DNA of 64,000 nt from the NCBI GenBank assembly GCA_964016885.1, contig OZ024748.1, forward strand, positions 60,264,001 to 60,328,000. The letters run 5' to 3'. Shown here piece after piece: positions 29,801-43,375 of this stretch. Numbering within the stretch: the first letter of the stretch is position 1; each line of letters opens with the position of its first letter. A program made the translations under genes and the position numbers. The notes beneath the pieces are model-generated. The model worked only from the letters and a program-made list of their open reading frames with translations, was not told the origin of the DNA and made no database searches. Source of the stretch: Eledone cirrhosa (taxonomy: Eukaryota).

Positions 29801-30246
29801 TTCAGATCATTGTCTGCTTCGGGTGGTTCCTCCGTTCTCAGGACCTCCTCACCTTCATTTCCCGCCGGCTCGCTTGTCTGGCATACTACACCCGCCATCT
29901 CCAAGCCATTCTCTCTGCTCAGTTCCTCCAGTTCCAGCTCGCTTATCCACCCATTAGTTCTTATTACCCGAGCCTGCCCGGCCAATTTTTGTTCATCTAA
30001 TTTAAATAAACCAATCTCGTTCCAGATGTTATGCATCCGTCTCCTGTAGCCCCTCTCCTTGGGGTTACTTTTCAGGTAGCATTGCATAACAGTTCTATTC
30101 AATTCTTTCGTCCAGTTGGTTCTGGCCCCTTTCCTTCTTCTTCTTCCTCCAACATCAGCAGTATTTGGTTGACAGTCAGGTTCCTGCTGCTGAGCCAGGG
30201 GGCACCTGTTGGGTGAGAGTCTGTCACATGACGTTCTAGTCTCCAT
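26854..30246 (-). CDS. Reverse transcriptase + CCHC + restriction-like endonuclease polyprotein (1130 aa)
   Basis: Motifs KSPGPDG, NYRPITCL, DYRKAFD, GIFQGDSLSP, HLLFMDD, YKYLG, CRIC..ETVAHIVSEC, RHD, RPDL..DVACP..KINRY. Confidence 0.96.
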   Translation of the reverse strand: METRTSCDRLSPNRCPLAQQQEPDCQPNTADVGGRRRRKGARTNWTKELNRTVMQCYLKSNPKERGYRRRMHNIWNEIGLFKLDEQKLAGQARVIRTNGWISELELEELSRENGLEMAGVVCQTSEPAGNEGEEVLRTEEPPEADNDLNTEINNTWNRDTATEEMNADGLGQDSVDILNLVVDELNNDSGRPMNLRFVDRKKLKETTAKVNKVNPYLEARSLHQCNNILKATANTVRKLLGIKARGNNRQERAEPWWKKRLSGQIGEMRNDIGKLESLLNGTLKNIGTKNRLEIKYKTRSKKLNIIIEELKQRIVAKSAKIRRYENRVSQYKQNRMFDNNQKMLFGQLEGKERGNDLIPGAEQAKTFWRGIWEQDVRHNAQAGWIETVQREIGEQAQQQTDLSITVETLKGQAKKLTNWKSPGPDGVQGYWIKHLTSLHPKLTAMFNDCLVSGEVPEWLTKGTTVLIMKDRIKGNDVTNYRPITCLPVMWKLLTSIVSEEIYHHLHTNNLLPDEQKGCRKKSRGTKDQLLIDKMVMGNCRRRHTDLAMGWIDYRKAFDMVPHSWITKSLEIFRVADNIRQLLGRSMGSWETELTSTGVSLGSVKIKRGIFQGDSLSPLLFVLALMPLTIMLRKVRAGYKLGRGELTINHLLFMDDLKLFGKSEKELDVLVDTVRIFSSDICMQFGIGKCGVIVMRRGRLSRSNGIQIPTGEMIKEIDSEEGYKYLGVLEADGIKNKKMKELLRTEYIRRVRSVLKSHLNSRNAISAVNSRAVSIIRYSAGILRWNVAEQKEMDRKTRKLLTIYNMFHKRSDVDRLYLRRSEGGRGLISIEDCVQMEKNNLYKYVTYSKEPMLRAVLKEGTVGQGIPKEEITSRRKSSLKGKSLHSTFFEKTEFRDPQTWNWLRRGDLKKATEGMLMAAQEQALKTKWLKHHIYKEEASPLCRICGEREETVAHIVSECKHLAQTHYKGWRHDVMGRVIHWHLCKVNNLPHSEKWYEHRPEAVMENSQVKVLWDFRIQTDKKLEHNRPDLVVVDKEKRSCLIVDVACPFDTRVQEKEREKINRYQDLKWEVKRIWNCHEVKVIPIIIGALGTISKGFQGWLKKIGPFTLFGTLQKACLLGTARTLRYVLNI

Positions 30247-30815
30247 TTCACCGTTATTCGAACTGTTTATGTTCGATATTTAAACACTCTTATCGAGGAT
30301 TGGCGAATGTATGTTTACATAGCCATCTGTGGATCCGCCATCCCACTTGGCCCTTGTGTGGCATTATCACCACGCTGTATACGGACACACATAAACAAAC
30401 AAACACACGGGCAGAAAGGGCCCCAAAAATGAATAAGCATAAGTTTCATTGTAATGTAGTATTCGAATGTCTGACTTAGTTTTTGTTTTTTAAGTTTTAC
30501 TTTTTCCCCCCTCTTCTCTGTCCGTCCGCCTGCTTCTCTCTTCATTCTTATTTTCTTTACGTTTTTGGGGTTTCTTTTTTTGTTTTTGTTTTTCTCTGTT
30601 TTTCTCGTTTTTTACTGTTGTTGCTGTGCTGCTTTTGTTGTTTGTTTTTTCTTTTTTCTTTTGAGTCTATCTATATATTTTGATGCCTTCCTCTTTGTTA
30701 GTAGTAGGAATTCTATAATGTGGAAGTGGTAGCCAGCAGAGACTGGCGGCGTTGGCGATACTGAGACAGTGGTGGTGGTGATGTCGATACCGAGGCAGTG
30801 GTGGCGGTGATGCGA

Positions 30816-31794
30816 CCGTATTACTGTAGTGATGGTGCTGTAGCGGTGGCAGCAGCAGTGAAGGAGTCAGGGGGTGGTGGCGGCGGTGATGGGATAGTGG
30901 TGGTAATGATGGCCGTAGTGAGCGGTGGCGGTGAAGGTGAAAATGCTGTTGTGTTCAGTGTACACAGATGATGGGGTGGGTGGTGTATCTAGTTTCTGGT
31001 GTTGGTGAGTTTCGCTGTCCTATATAGTGTAGCCAGAGGAGAGGAGGGGGGGGGGGGGGTTCTTCTTCTTCCATTTATAGCCATTTTATTTTTTTTTTGG
31101 ATATACAGTGTACAATACAAAGTTGAATATTTGAATATTTGAGCCGTATTACTGTAGTGATGGTGCTGTAGCGGTGGCAGCAGCAGTGAAGGAGTCAAGG
31201 GGTGGTGGCGGCGGTGATGGGATAGTGGTGGTAATGATGGCCGTAGTGAGCGGTGGCGGTGAAGGTGAAAATGCTGTTGTGTTTAGTGTACACAGATGAT
31301 GGGGTGGGTGGTGTATCTAGTTTCTGGTGTTGGTGAGTTTCGCTGTCCTATATAGTGTAGCCAGAGGAGAGGAGGGGGGGGGGGTTCTTCTTCTTCCATT
31401 TATAGCCATTTTATTATTTTTTTTTTTTTGGATATACAGTGTACAATACAAAGTTGAATATTTGAATATTTGAGCCGTATTACTGTAGTGATGGTGCTGT
31501 AGCGGTGGCAGCAGCAGTGAAGGAGTCAAGGGGTGGTGGCGGCGGTGATGGGATAGTGGTGGTAATGATGGCCGTAGTGAGCGGTGGCGGTGAAGGTGAA
31601 AATGCTGTTGTGTTTAGTGTACACAGATGATGGGGTGGGTGGTGTATCTAGTTTCTGGTGTTGGTGAGTTTAGCTGTCCTATATAGTGTAGCCAGAGGAG
31701 AGGAGGGGGGGGGGTTCTTCTTCTTCCATTTATAGCCATTTTTTTTTGGATATACAGTGTACAATACAAAGTTGAATATTTGAATATTTGAGCC
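30816..31794. repeat. Three ~320-330-bp tandem repeats in the LINE 5' region
   Basis: Unit CCGTATTACTGTAGTGATGG starts at 30816, 31144 and 31475. Units differ mainly in homopolymer length. Confidence 0.95.
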
Positions 31795-31960
31795 TTATAA
31801 CAATATATTTTGGGTCCGAATTTTTTTTGGGCTCAAGCCGGGTGCTTTACGTAGCATTTGTACTAAGAGTTGTTATTTCACAAATGATTTAAATATGTTA
31901 AAAATTCAAAACTTACGGGAGCGATTTCATGACCTCCGTCACCTCGTGCGTCTTCTTCCC

Positions 31961-32041
<81 letters not shown>

Positions 32042-32109
32042 TACTTCAATGTAAACCCCTCACTGTCTCTGTCTATTGTATTGTCCTCTTTTTGTTGGCC
32101 CTTGTGACA

Positions 32110-32162
<53 letters not shown>

Positions 32163-32163
<1 letters not shown>

Positions 32164-32530
32164 TGTTTCTACTATTGGCACAAGGCCAGAAATTATGGGA
32201 AGGGGAAAGTCGACTAAATCGACCCCTGTGCGTGAATGGTACTTTATTTTAGCGACCCCGTAAAGACAAAGTTAATCTCGGCAGGATTTCAACTCAGAAC
32301 CTAAAGGGCCGTAACTCTCTGCTTCAAATCATGTTGTCCGGCGCTTAACCAATACTGCCAATCCACCACCAATCCCAGTACATTACTGGTACTTTATTTT
32401 ATCGAACCCCGTAAGGATGAAAGGCAAAGTTAACCTCGGCAGAATTTGAAATCAGACCGTAAATGGACGTAACTCTATGCTGCAAAGCATGGCGTCCGAC
32501 CGTTTACTGATACTGCCAAACCACCGCTCC
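32163..32530 (-). mobile_element. Two tandem tRNA-derived SINEs (Meta-domain-like)
   Basis: Reverse complement of the 19237 family, present twice. Confidence 0.82.
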
Positions 32531-33246
32531 TATAATATAATAATAATAATAATAATTATTATTATCATTATCATTTTCATTATTATTATTATTAATATTA
32601 TTATTAGTAGTAGTAGTATTGTTATATCTTTTCCCTCTCCATTCTATTACATTTCATTCCAGTTCCTCCTACAACTATTCAGTGTTGAATAATTTAAAAT
32701 ATTTTTCCCGTTCATCAAAATATGTAAAAAAAACAAAAAATACCCAAACCAAATCACATTTTATTATACAATTTAACAGGAAAAGAAAGAAAAGAAAACA
32801 AAAACAAACAAAAATAGATAGAAGCGACAAAAACATGTTTTTAAAAGTCGCCATATTTACAATCATGTTCCATTTGAATATACAAACTTAAAATCCTAAG
32901 AAATATTTATTGATGTATTTTTCTTCACATATTTTTGCTGTAGACTTTATAACTGCTTATGTGAAATATGTCTGTTGTAGCCTGTCTTGTAAGTGTGCTA
33001 CGTGCGTGTATATGTAGTGTGTAAGTTTTCAGGGGTGGGTATGTTGTTGTTTTTGTGGTGGTGGTGTGGTGTGTGAAATGTGTGTGTTGTAGTCTGTGTT
33101 GTTGTATGTGTTGCGTAATTTTTCGAGGGTAGGTATGTTGTTGTTGTTGTTGTTGTCGTTGTTGTGGTGGTTGTTGTTTTTGTGGTGGTGATGGTGGTGT
33201 GTGTGGTGGTTGTTGTTTTTGTGGTGGTGATGGTGGTGTGTGTGTA

Positions 33247-33350
<104 letters not shown>

Positions 33351-34139
33351 GTGTATTGTAGTTTTAAATGTATTTTATAAGTGTATATTAATACGAAAAA
33401 TGTGTGTCTGTTAGTGTTCCTGTGGGTGTTTGTGTTATGTTGTGTGTGTGTATGTGTTACGTTGTTGATTGAAGTGTTGGTTGTATGTTTCTTGTTTATG
33501 TTGTGTTGTTGTTTTATCTGTTGAGTGAGCGTCTGTTTGTTATATAGGACTGTGTTGCATACGTGTTGTGTGTTTTTATATGTGTGTATATGTGTCTCTT
33601 ATATATTTTGTTGCTGTGTTTTAACTGTTGAATGGGTGAGTGTGTGTGCTATATGATCTGTTTATGTGTTATGTGCGTGTATTACATATGTTGCTAGATG
33701 GTGTGTTGTGTTTTATGCAGTGTGTGTGTGTGTGTTTAGGACTGTGTTGCATACGTGTTATGTGTGTGTCTGTATGTGTGGCTGTTATATATGTTGTGTG
33801 TGTTGTGTTATATGATGTATATGTGTCTGTGTGTTATATGTTGTGCTATTTTCTATGTGGTAACTGTGTGTGTCCTTGTGTGTTATATATTGTAAGTATG
33901 TCTGTCTATATATGTTATGTGTGTATCTGTATGTGTTTTACAATGTAAGTGTATGTTATTCTATGTTGTACTGTGATGTACAATTATCTATCATAAGTCA
34001 AGTGGACATATTTATAAATTGTGTTTATCAGTTTCCATGTCACTTATTTATGTCTTTTGGGATGACATAGTATAAACATGGAATAACTACATATATAACA
34101 AAGAATCTGTATGACACATAAATATATGTACAGCAATAA

Positions 34140-35060
34140 CAATAACAATAACAATAACAACAGTACCTCATCCATTTCCGTTAAGGAAAACATCTAAAAC
34201 ATGAACAAAAAACAACCTCAACATTAACACTAATATCTACAAACAACAACGATGACAACTAAAATACCGAACTCCTAAACCACTACCAACAACACTACCA
34301 CCATTAATGTCTAAACAACAACATGAATAACAACACAAACACCAACACTAATACCATCAACAATATCAGCAAGAATATCAACACCAACAATGATACCAAC
34401 ATCAACATTAACATCAATAGTAACATGAACCAGCTTTAATATCAACACCAATATTTACAAATAACAACATCAACGACGATTACAACACAGAACTTCTAAC
34501 ACCCACCAACATCACCACCCTTAACAGCAAAAAAACCCATCAATCAATAACAACACAGACACCAACAGCATCATAAAATATATCAGCACTGGCATCATCA
34601 CTAACAATAAAAGCAACATCAGTATCACAACCAACATCACCACAAACATCAACACCAATATCAATATCACCACCAGCATCACCAATATCAACTCTACCAT
34701 CACCACCAACATCACCACTACCATCACTACCAGCATCACAACCAACATCACTACCAACATTACCACTACCATCAACACCAATATCACCAATATCAACTCT
34801 ACCATCACCACCAACATCAACACTACCATCACCACCAGCATCACCAATAGGAACTCTACCATCACTACCAGCATCACAACCAACATCACTACCAACATTA
34901 CCACCAACATCACTACCAACATTACCACTACCATCACCACCAATATCAATTTCACCACCAACACCACCACCAACATCAACAACAACATCAACACTACCAC
35001 CAACAGAAACACTGACATCAATATCTCTTCCAAAATTAACAACAACACAAATAACCATAC
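34140..35060. repeat. Degenerate ACC/AAC/ATC minisatellite (about 12-bp period)
   Basis: ACCAACATCACC-like units, strongly G-poor on the plus strand. Confidence 0.85.
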
Positions 35061-35114
35061 AAAAATGTGCTATAATTAAACCTGGAGAGATGGGTTCCAC
35101 CAAACTTAATAATT

Positions 35115-35315
35115 GATTCTACTTTTGGCACAAGGCCAGCAATTACCTCAGTGCATTACTGGTACTTTATTTTATCGACCCGGTAAGGATGAAAGACAAA
35201 GTTAACCCCAGCGGGATTTGAACTCGGACCATTAAGGGCCAAAATTAATGATTGTTTCTACTTTTGGCACAAGGCCAGCAATTACCCAAGTGCATTACTG
35301 GTACTTATTTTATCG
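35115..35315 (-). mobile_element. tRNA-derived SINE fragments
   Basis: CTACTTTTGGCACAAGGCCAGCAATT..CTGGTACTT present twice. Confidence 0.75.
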
Positions 35316-35541
35316 AGAAAGGCCGTATGTCAACATGGCATACCTACGACTCCTTCAGAATTTACGGGACCATAATGCACCGGAGTATTCAATACTTAGG
35401 GTAGTAGAGTGGGTAATAGGAAAAGTGTCAGGACCCCGACGGCTGAGCTCCGGCCGTTTCGACAGCTAGATTCGAATCTAGCTGTCGAAACGGCCAGAGC
35501 TCAGCCGTCGGGTCCTGACTCTTTTCCTATATGTGTATGTG

Positions 35542-36480
<939 letters not shown>

Positions 36481-36673
36481 CACACACAGACACATTATAT
36501 ATATGATATATATATATATAACACATACACACACATACACACACACACACATATATATTTATATATACATACACACACATATTATATATTCATATATATA
36601 TATATTTATATATATAATATATATATATAGAGAGAGAGAGAGAGTAGAAAATGAAAAATCAGTGATTCATCTG

Positions 36674-36727
<54 letters not shown>

Positions 36728-37147
36728 TTATACTTATTTCTTTTATGTAGAAATATGTTTGTGTTTCTTGTTCCTAGTTTGCATATCGGAAAATGATTTC
36801 TGTACTGGAAACTGTTTCATTATTGGTAAAAGTTATGAATAAATTAGTTTCAATAATGGAAGGAGAAAAATGTATTGGATATCATATATTGACAATGAAT
36901 GATAATTAAGATTTAAAATATATGTTAATAAATAAATAATTATAGATAGAAAATACGAAATAATGAAGCGAACAGACAAGGCATGGTGAATCTCTCTTTT
37001 GTTATAATATTTTAGGATGGGAATGGTGCGACATATGTGTGTGCGTGGTGTGTGTGTGTATGCGTGTGTATGCGTTCTGTGTTTGTGTGTTTGGCTCCGC
37101 GTATGTTTGTGTGTGCTGTGCGTTTATGTATCTATATACATGTATAT

Positions 37148-37199
<52 letters not shown>

Positions 37200-37333
37200 T
37201 GTATATACATATATATATATATGTATGTATGTATATGTATATACATACATATATATATGTATATACATATAAATAGACACATATCTACACATATATATAC
37301 ACATAAATATATATATATATACATACTCACATT

Positions 37334-37392
<59 letters not shown>

Positions 37393-37435
37393 CCATCGAA
37401 ACGGCTTGAGCTCTGCCGTCGGGGTCATACTTTTT

Positions 37436-37497
<62 letters not shown>

Positions 37498-37682
37498 ACG
37501 AAGGAAATATGGTAAGGAACCAGGTGGACCATAACGCACCAAAGTACTCAATACTTAGGGTAGTAGAGTGGGTAATAGGAACGAGTAGGACCCCGACGGC
37601 TGAGCTCAAGCCGTTTAGACGGTCCTACTCGTTCCTATATATATATATATACATATATATGAGAGAGAGAGAGAGATAGTCG

Positions 37683-37713
<31 letters not shown>

Positions 37714-37716
<3 letters not shown>

Positions 37717-38702
37717 TCTTTTTATTTGCCACCAGGGCATCAAAAAGTGGGACAAGTACAATGGGGGGAGTTTACATAACAAGGCGTCCTCAATAAGGAG
37801 GAGGCAATAAAAAAATATAAAAATAAAATAAAATATAACAAGTTAAAATTTATAACAAAATCCTCAATAGAGAGGAGACGCCCTGGGGGGTCGAACACCC
37901 CCCCCGAAAAAAAGTGTGCAACCCTTCTCCTCAGGAGCACAGAGAGGGGGTGCTCCCTTGGTCTTTCATCTTCCTCACCTATAGTCTGATGTAGAGTGAA
38001 GGCCCATTCACACGGGCCATTCTCGCCACTTTCACCCATCTTTCATAAAAACGGCTGGGGTGCAGCACCTCTCTCTCCATCCTGATCCTTCTTCCGAAAT
38101 GATATCGGAAGAAACGGACCAGTTGTTGGCCAGAGAGAAAGGTGTCTGACCTCAGTCCTTTCAGACGCGTCCACCATACAACCTCCTTCTCCATGGCTAT
38201 TACGCACAGAAACACCGCCTCTCCTTCGTTTTTGAAGAGGGGAGGCGGCTTGATCGTTACAATAGACTCGGTGGTCAACCGGATCGGTCCCACCCTTGAC
38301 AGCAGTTGTTCGACATAGCCCCACAGATCGGCAATGCCCGAGCAGTGTACCAATGCGTGTGCAACGGTTTCCTCGTCGCACACACATCTGGGACAGATCT
38401 TTTTCGAGGGGTCCTTACCCGGGCGCCCGTGTCTGTAGAGCCTTTCTCGAACGGGCAGAGCCCTTCTGTAGCACTGCCAGGCCAGGGACCTCTGGAAGTT
38501 ATCCATGGGTCCCGGGCTGAATGTCCTACCGAACAGGTTGGCCAGTTCGTCTTCCTCCATGCCTAGGGCTTCTCCGAGGGCGTCGTCGCACCTGCTAACC
38601 ACCAGCCCTCTATAGAATGACGAGGTGGATTCTCCACTGACAGCCGGGTCCGCCTGCCAGAGAGCCGTGAGCGCCTGGGCACACTCGGTGTGCCAGGCGC
38701 CC
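37714..38702 (-). mobile_element. 5'-truncated L1/Tx1-type LINE (ORF2 C-terminal zinc-binding region) in (GATA)n
   Basis: Open frame from about 38701 to 37979 with ALPVRERL..CPRC..EETVAHALVHC; AATAAA at the 3' end; (GATA)n on both sides. Confidence 0.85.
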
Positions 38703-38739
<37 letters not shown>

Positions 38740-38906
38740 TACATATATATATGAATATATATATATATCACCAACAATATAATTGTTTCTACTTTTGGCA
38801 CAAGGCCAACAATTAACCAGTACATTACTGGTACTTTATTTCATCGACCCATAAAGATGAAATGTAAAGTTAACCTCGACACCAATAATATAATGCTGAT
38901 CTTTCA

Positions 38907-38958
<52 letters not shown>

Positions 38959-39399
38959 CACACGCACACCCACATATATATTTATATATATACGCATATT
39001 TTGCATTTTGAGAGAAATCTACATATATGATCATTACAAAGAGAATATTTATAAAGAGAAGTTTAGCGTGATTGCAGTAATAGGAATGACTATAGAATAT
39101 GCTGATCGTGTCTGTTTGGCTTCCGACAGAAAAACTGTAAAATGTCTAAGGCAAGTCGACATACAAGATGGCAAATGTGTGTTGTTGTCACTTAACTAGA
39201 GTTGTTTTGGAAGTGAGAAAGGATTGGCATGACTGTCAGGTATATTGGTTGTCAACGTTTGTTTTAGGCGGATATTTCATTGGAAGAGATTTAGAAGAAT
39301 AAAAAAAAAAATCGATAACATTCATGAGGAAATCTGTCTTGGGAGTTTCGTCTACTGATGCCAAGAAAGAAATTGATACAACCGTACAAGTTACGGAGT

Positions 39400-40010
39400 T
39401 ATTAGCTCGGTATTTATTCCTTCTTTCTGTAATTTACGTTCGAATCCTACCGAGGCCAAATTTCTTAAATAGGAAGAAAACTGCCTTGCGGTATTTGTTC
39501 CGATACTCAGTGATCCACATTCAAATACGACCGACGTTAATTATGATCTTCATCCTTTCATGGTCGATGAAATATAGTTGAAATCCAAAGTAGTGACATG
39601 ACAAGCTATTTTGCTAGAAGGAAAAAATAACTTGCTGTGTTTGATCCAACACTTTGCAATCTACGTTCAAATCCCACCGAGTGTAATTTTGCTTTCCACC
39701 CTTTCTTGAGCGATAAAATAAAGTTGTATTCCAACATGGTGATGTGAAAAACTCCTTAGATATTAAGGAAAATGGCTTGCGGTATTTGTTCAAGCATCCT
39801 GCGATCTACATTCAAATCCCACCGAGGTTAATTGTAGTTTTCATCCTTTCCTGGTCAATACAAAATAAAGTTCTACTCCTAAGTGGTGACATGACTAACT
39901 CCTTATCTAGTAGGAACAAATGCCTTGCGGCATTTTGCCATCAGCGTTCTGAGTTCCAATGTTAGCTTTATCTTTCATCCTTACGGGGTTGATAAAATAA
40001 TGTACCAGTA
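39400..40010 (+). repeat. Degenerate tandem array of ~146-bp SINE-derived units
   Basis: CTTGC(G/T)G..TTC(A)AAT..CCTTT..ATAAAATA units start near 39485, 39631, 39776 and 39924. Confidence 0.75.
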
Positions 40011-40257
40011 TCCTTTTTTCTTCCCATAATATTGCTTTTCATTTTTAATAGATACTGTTTAATTATTTTTACATGTCAATGAGATTTTGTATATTGAATA
40101 TATTTGGGTTCATTTAAATTATTCTATAACAAACGTTCAGATATGATACTGGAATCATCATCGTTGACACCAACAGAGGGCTATTTACTTAATTCACATC
40201 CCATCTTTTAAATGAGGAGAAAGTAGGTTCAATATTGTTTGTTAGAGTGCTTTATAA

Positions 40258-40440
40258 CTGGATTGGCAGTATCGGTAGAGGGTCGGACGCCATGCTTTCC
40301 AGCATAGTTACGTCCCTTTATGATCTGAGTTCAAATCCCGCCGAGGTTGACTTTACCTTTCATCCTTACGGGGTCGATAAAATAAAGTACCAGTAATGCA
40401 CTGGATAATTGCTGGCCTTGTGCCTAAAGTAGAAACAATT
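40258..40440 (+). mobile_element. tRNA-derived SINE (Meta-domain-like)
   Basis: Near-identical to 19237-19420. Confidence 0.88.
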
Positions 40441-40907
40441 ATTTATTTTATTATATTTTAGATTTTATTGCTTTAGACAAACTACAGGAACACATGGTTT
40501 TGATATAATCCTCTCGTGCCGTTGTGTAATTTGATAAAACTTTCTAAATTCCCTGTAAGACGAGAAATGCCCCATTTATATTCTACCGCCATCTCTCCAT
40601 CTCCGTACATAGGATGTCACTCTTTCGCTCTGTCACTCTATATACTATAGGAAGCATTAGCCATATCTGCTGCAGAGAAGAACCAAATATCAATTAATTA
40701 AAATTACAAACACACACTTAGTGATAAGAAGAGCTTAATATCTAAATTAATAATTCTTGTCACAAAAAGGACTCGAAGGAAACTCCGAAATTCTAATTAG
40801 TATAAATTAGATTAATATTAAACGCAAATGGTTAATAGGGTTGGTCTTTAGTACACATGTTACATATATTCTCGCACACAAATACCCATTATTTCCCTAT
40901 GTAATCT

Positions 40908-40964
<57 letters not shown>

Positions 40965-41005
40965 GAAGTTGGCGCACAGAATCAGAGACGAGCTCACATA
41001 CGGAA

Positions 41006-41097
41006 GCATATCTGACGATCTTTCGATTACAGAGTCAAGTTCGACCAATAATACGTCGTTCCTCGAGCTGATCGATAGTGAAACCTATGTAATATGT
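41006..41097 (+). ncRNA. Hammerhead with expanded stem II (family D-related)
   Basis: GCATAT-CTGACGA-TCTTTCGAT..ATCGATAGT-GAAAC-CTAT-GTA/ATATGT. Mismatches at the base of stem II. Confidence 0.65.
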
Positions 41098-41122
41098 TAA
41101 TAAATAATAAATAAAGATTAAA

Positions 41123-41315
41123 AATTGTTTCTACTTTTGGCACAAGGCCAGCAATTATCACAGTGCATTACTGGTACATTATTTTATCAACCCCGTAAGG
41201 GTGAAAGACAAAATTAACCTTGGCGGGATTTGAACTCAGATCATAAAGGGAAGTAACTCAATGCTTCAAACCATGCCCTTCGACCCTCTACCGATACTGC
41301 CAATCCACCGCCCTC
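41123..41315 (-). mobile_element. tRNA-derived SINE (Meta-domain-like)
   Basis: Reverse complement of the 40258 family. Confidence 0.85.
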
Positions 41316-42107
41316 CATATAAAAAAAGATAATATTAACAGCAGCAAATAACTGATTCGTGTTTGTTTAGAACTCATATCCCAGGAGTTTAGTGTGTGCT
41401 GTTGTGTTACTCATAAATTTAACCTTTCCTATAAGTCATATATCTTCCTATGACCTTTTGCTTTAGTCTATTCCTGTTTCCAATCCATGAAAGTCAGTAT
41501 AAAACGATTTGTCATCAGTAGCCATTGTTTTAAAAACATCACTTCCTATACAATGACATGTTTCTCCATATTTAACGTACAGTTTCCGGTCCGGAAGTAG
41601 CGTATAATAACTGAGTGAACACTTGTTTATCAATTACCTTTTATATTTTTAATTTCTAAAGAGTTTTTATCATTATTATTTATTTTATGTATTTATTTTC
41701 TATTTTATTTTATTTTATTATATAATTTTATTTTATTTCGTATTTCTCAAATCATGATTCTAACAGGTGGAATTTATTTGGTGGAGCCACTTTGACATAT
41801 AGAAACGATCTCGCAGATTGTTAAACTCCAACGACGCCAAGCAATAGAAGAATCGCCATATCTTTGGCAGAATACCATTTTCAATGTCTGAATTTAGATA
41901 ATAATTAACACAATTTTTTAAATGGGAATATATTCTGGTATAATATTGACAGTGATATACCGAATAGGTGGTAGATTGCTGGAGGTTTTGCGTGTAAAAC
42001 AAAATGCCATATGGAGTTTGTACGGGTCTGGTTCTATAGACTGTGAGTTCGAATCCCTGCCGAGTTTAAATTTGCTTTTCATTTATTAGGTGCATAGTAG
42101 AGAAAAT

Positions 42108-42206
42108 ATAATACTACTACTACGACAACTACTGCTACAATTATTACTACTACTACCACTGCTGCTGCTTTTACTGCTACTTCTGCTACTACTACTGCTA
42201 GAAAAT

Positions 42207-42243
<37 letters not shown>

Positions 42244-42288
42244 GACTACTACTACTACAATTATTACTACTACTAATACTGCTGCTGT

Positions 42289-42343
<55 letters not shown>

Positions 42344-42344
42344 G

Positions 42345-42396
<52 letters not shown>

Positions 42397-42404
42397 CCCC
42401 ACCG

Positions 42405-42477
<73 letters not shown>

Positions 42478-42512
42478 GATTATTACTACTACTAATACTG
42501 CTGCTGTTACTG

Positions 42513-42596
<84 letters not shown>

Positions 42597-42622
42597 TTAT
42601 TATTACTATTACTACTACTACA
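42108..42622. repeat. (CTA)n compound microsatellite
   Basis: Direct; source of the poly-S/V/L ORFs. Confidence 0.97.
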
Positions 42623-43002
42623 AACATTAATTGAATAATTCATTAACAATTTGCTCATTAGTTTACAGCATTAAATTATTATGTATGAATGTTGTTAATG
42701 AGGAGCGTGCATTGCGTGCCAAACACTCCTCAAAATAGATTCCATACGAATGTTACGTAATTAACTTTCTCTGTACAAGGAATTTCCAGGCGATCGTCTG
42801 CTTATATTTTAACTGGTAACTTTAACGGCAAAAGTCTCACTGATTTCTGAATGAATGTGACAAATAACACGATGTACAATACAGTTAAGAAAGTGATGTC
42901 AGCCATTTAATAGTTCCTTTTACAAAGAATACACGCATACATACATAGATACACATATATATGTATATGTCTAAATATTGCACCCTTGTATATCGAATGT
43001 AC

Positions 43003-43098
<96 letters not shown>

Positions 43099-43275
43099 TT
43101 AGTGGTTTAAAGTGTGGTAAGGAACCAGGTGGACCATAACGCACCAGAGTACTCAATACTTAGGGTAGTAGAGTGGGTAGTCCTGTTTTCCTATATATAC
43201 TGTATATATACCTACGGATATATATACATACGTTCAAATGCACGCATACACACACATATATATATATAAATAATA

Positions 43276-43375
<100 letters not shown>

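Larger units (their letters stand above)
26780..31960 (-). mobile_element. Full-length R4/Dong-clade non-LTR retrotransposon inserted in (TAA)n
   Basis: Single intact ORF, ~1.7-kb 5' region and ~75-bp 3' UTR. (TAT)n tracts lie directly at both ends (about 26700-26779 and 31961-32040). Confidence 0.9.

Noticed and set aside
26927-30216. Plus-strand ORFs overlapping the LINE CDS
   Set aside because: Antisense shadows of the RT reading frame.
31900-31960. HDV-like ribozyme at the 5' end of the R4/Dong element
   Set aside because: I could not build the double pseudoknot by eye.
34521-35103. Mucin-like or Gly/Asp/Val-rich ORFs
   Set aside because: A triplet-based minisatellite is open in several frames; there is no supporting exon context.
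39400-40010. CRISPR-like repeat-spacer array
   Set aside because: Whole units are homologous SINE derivatives in eukaryotic DNA, with no unique spacers or cas genes.
42079-42658. Poly-Ser/Val/Leu ORFs
   Set aside because: (CTA)n microsatellite.
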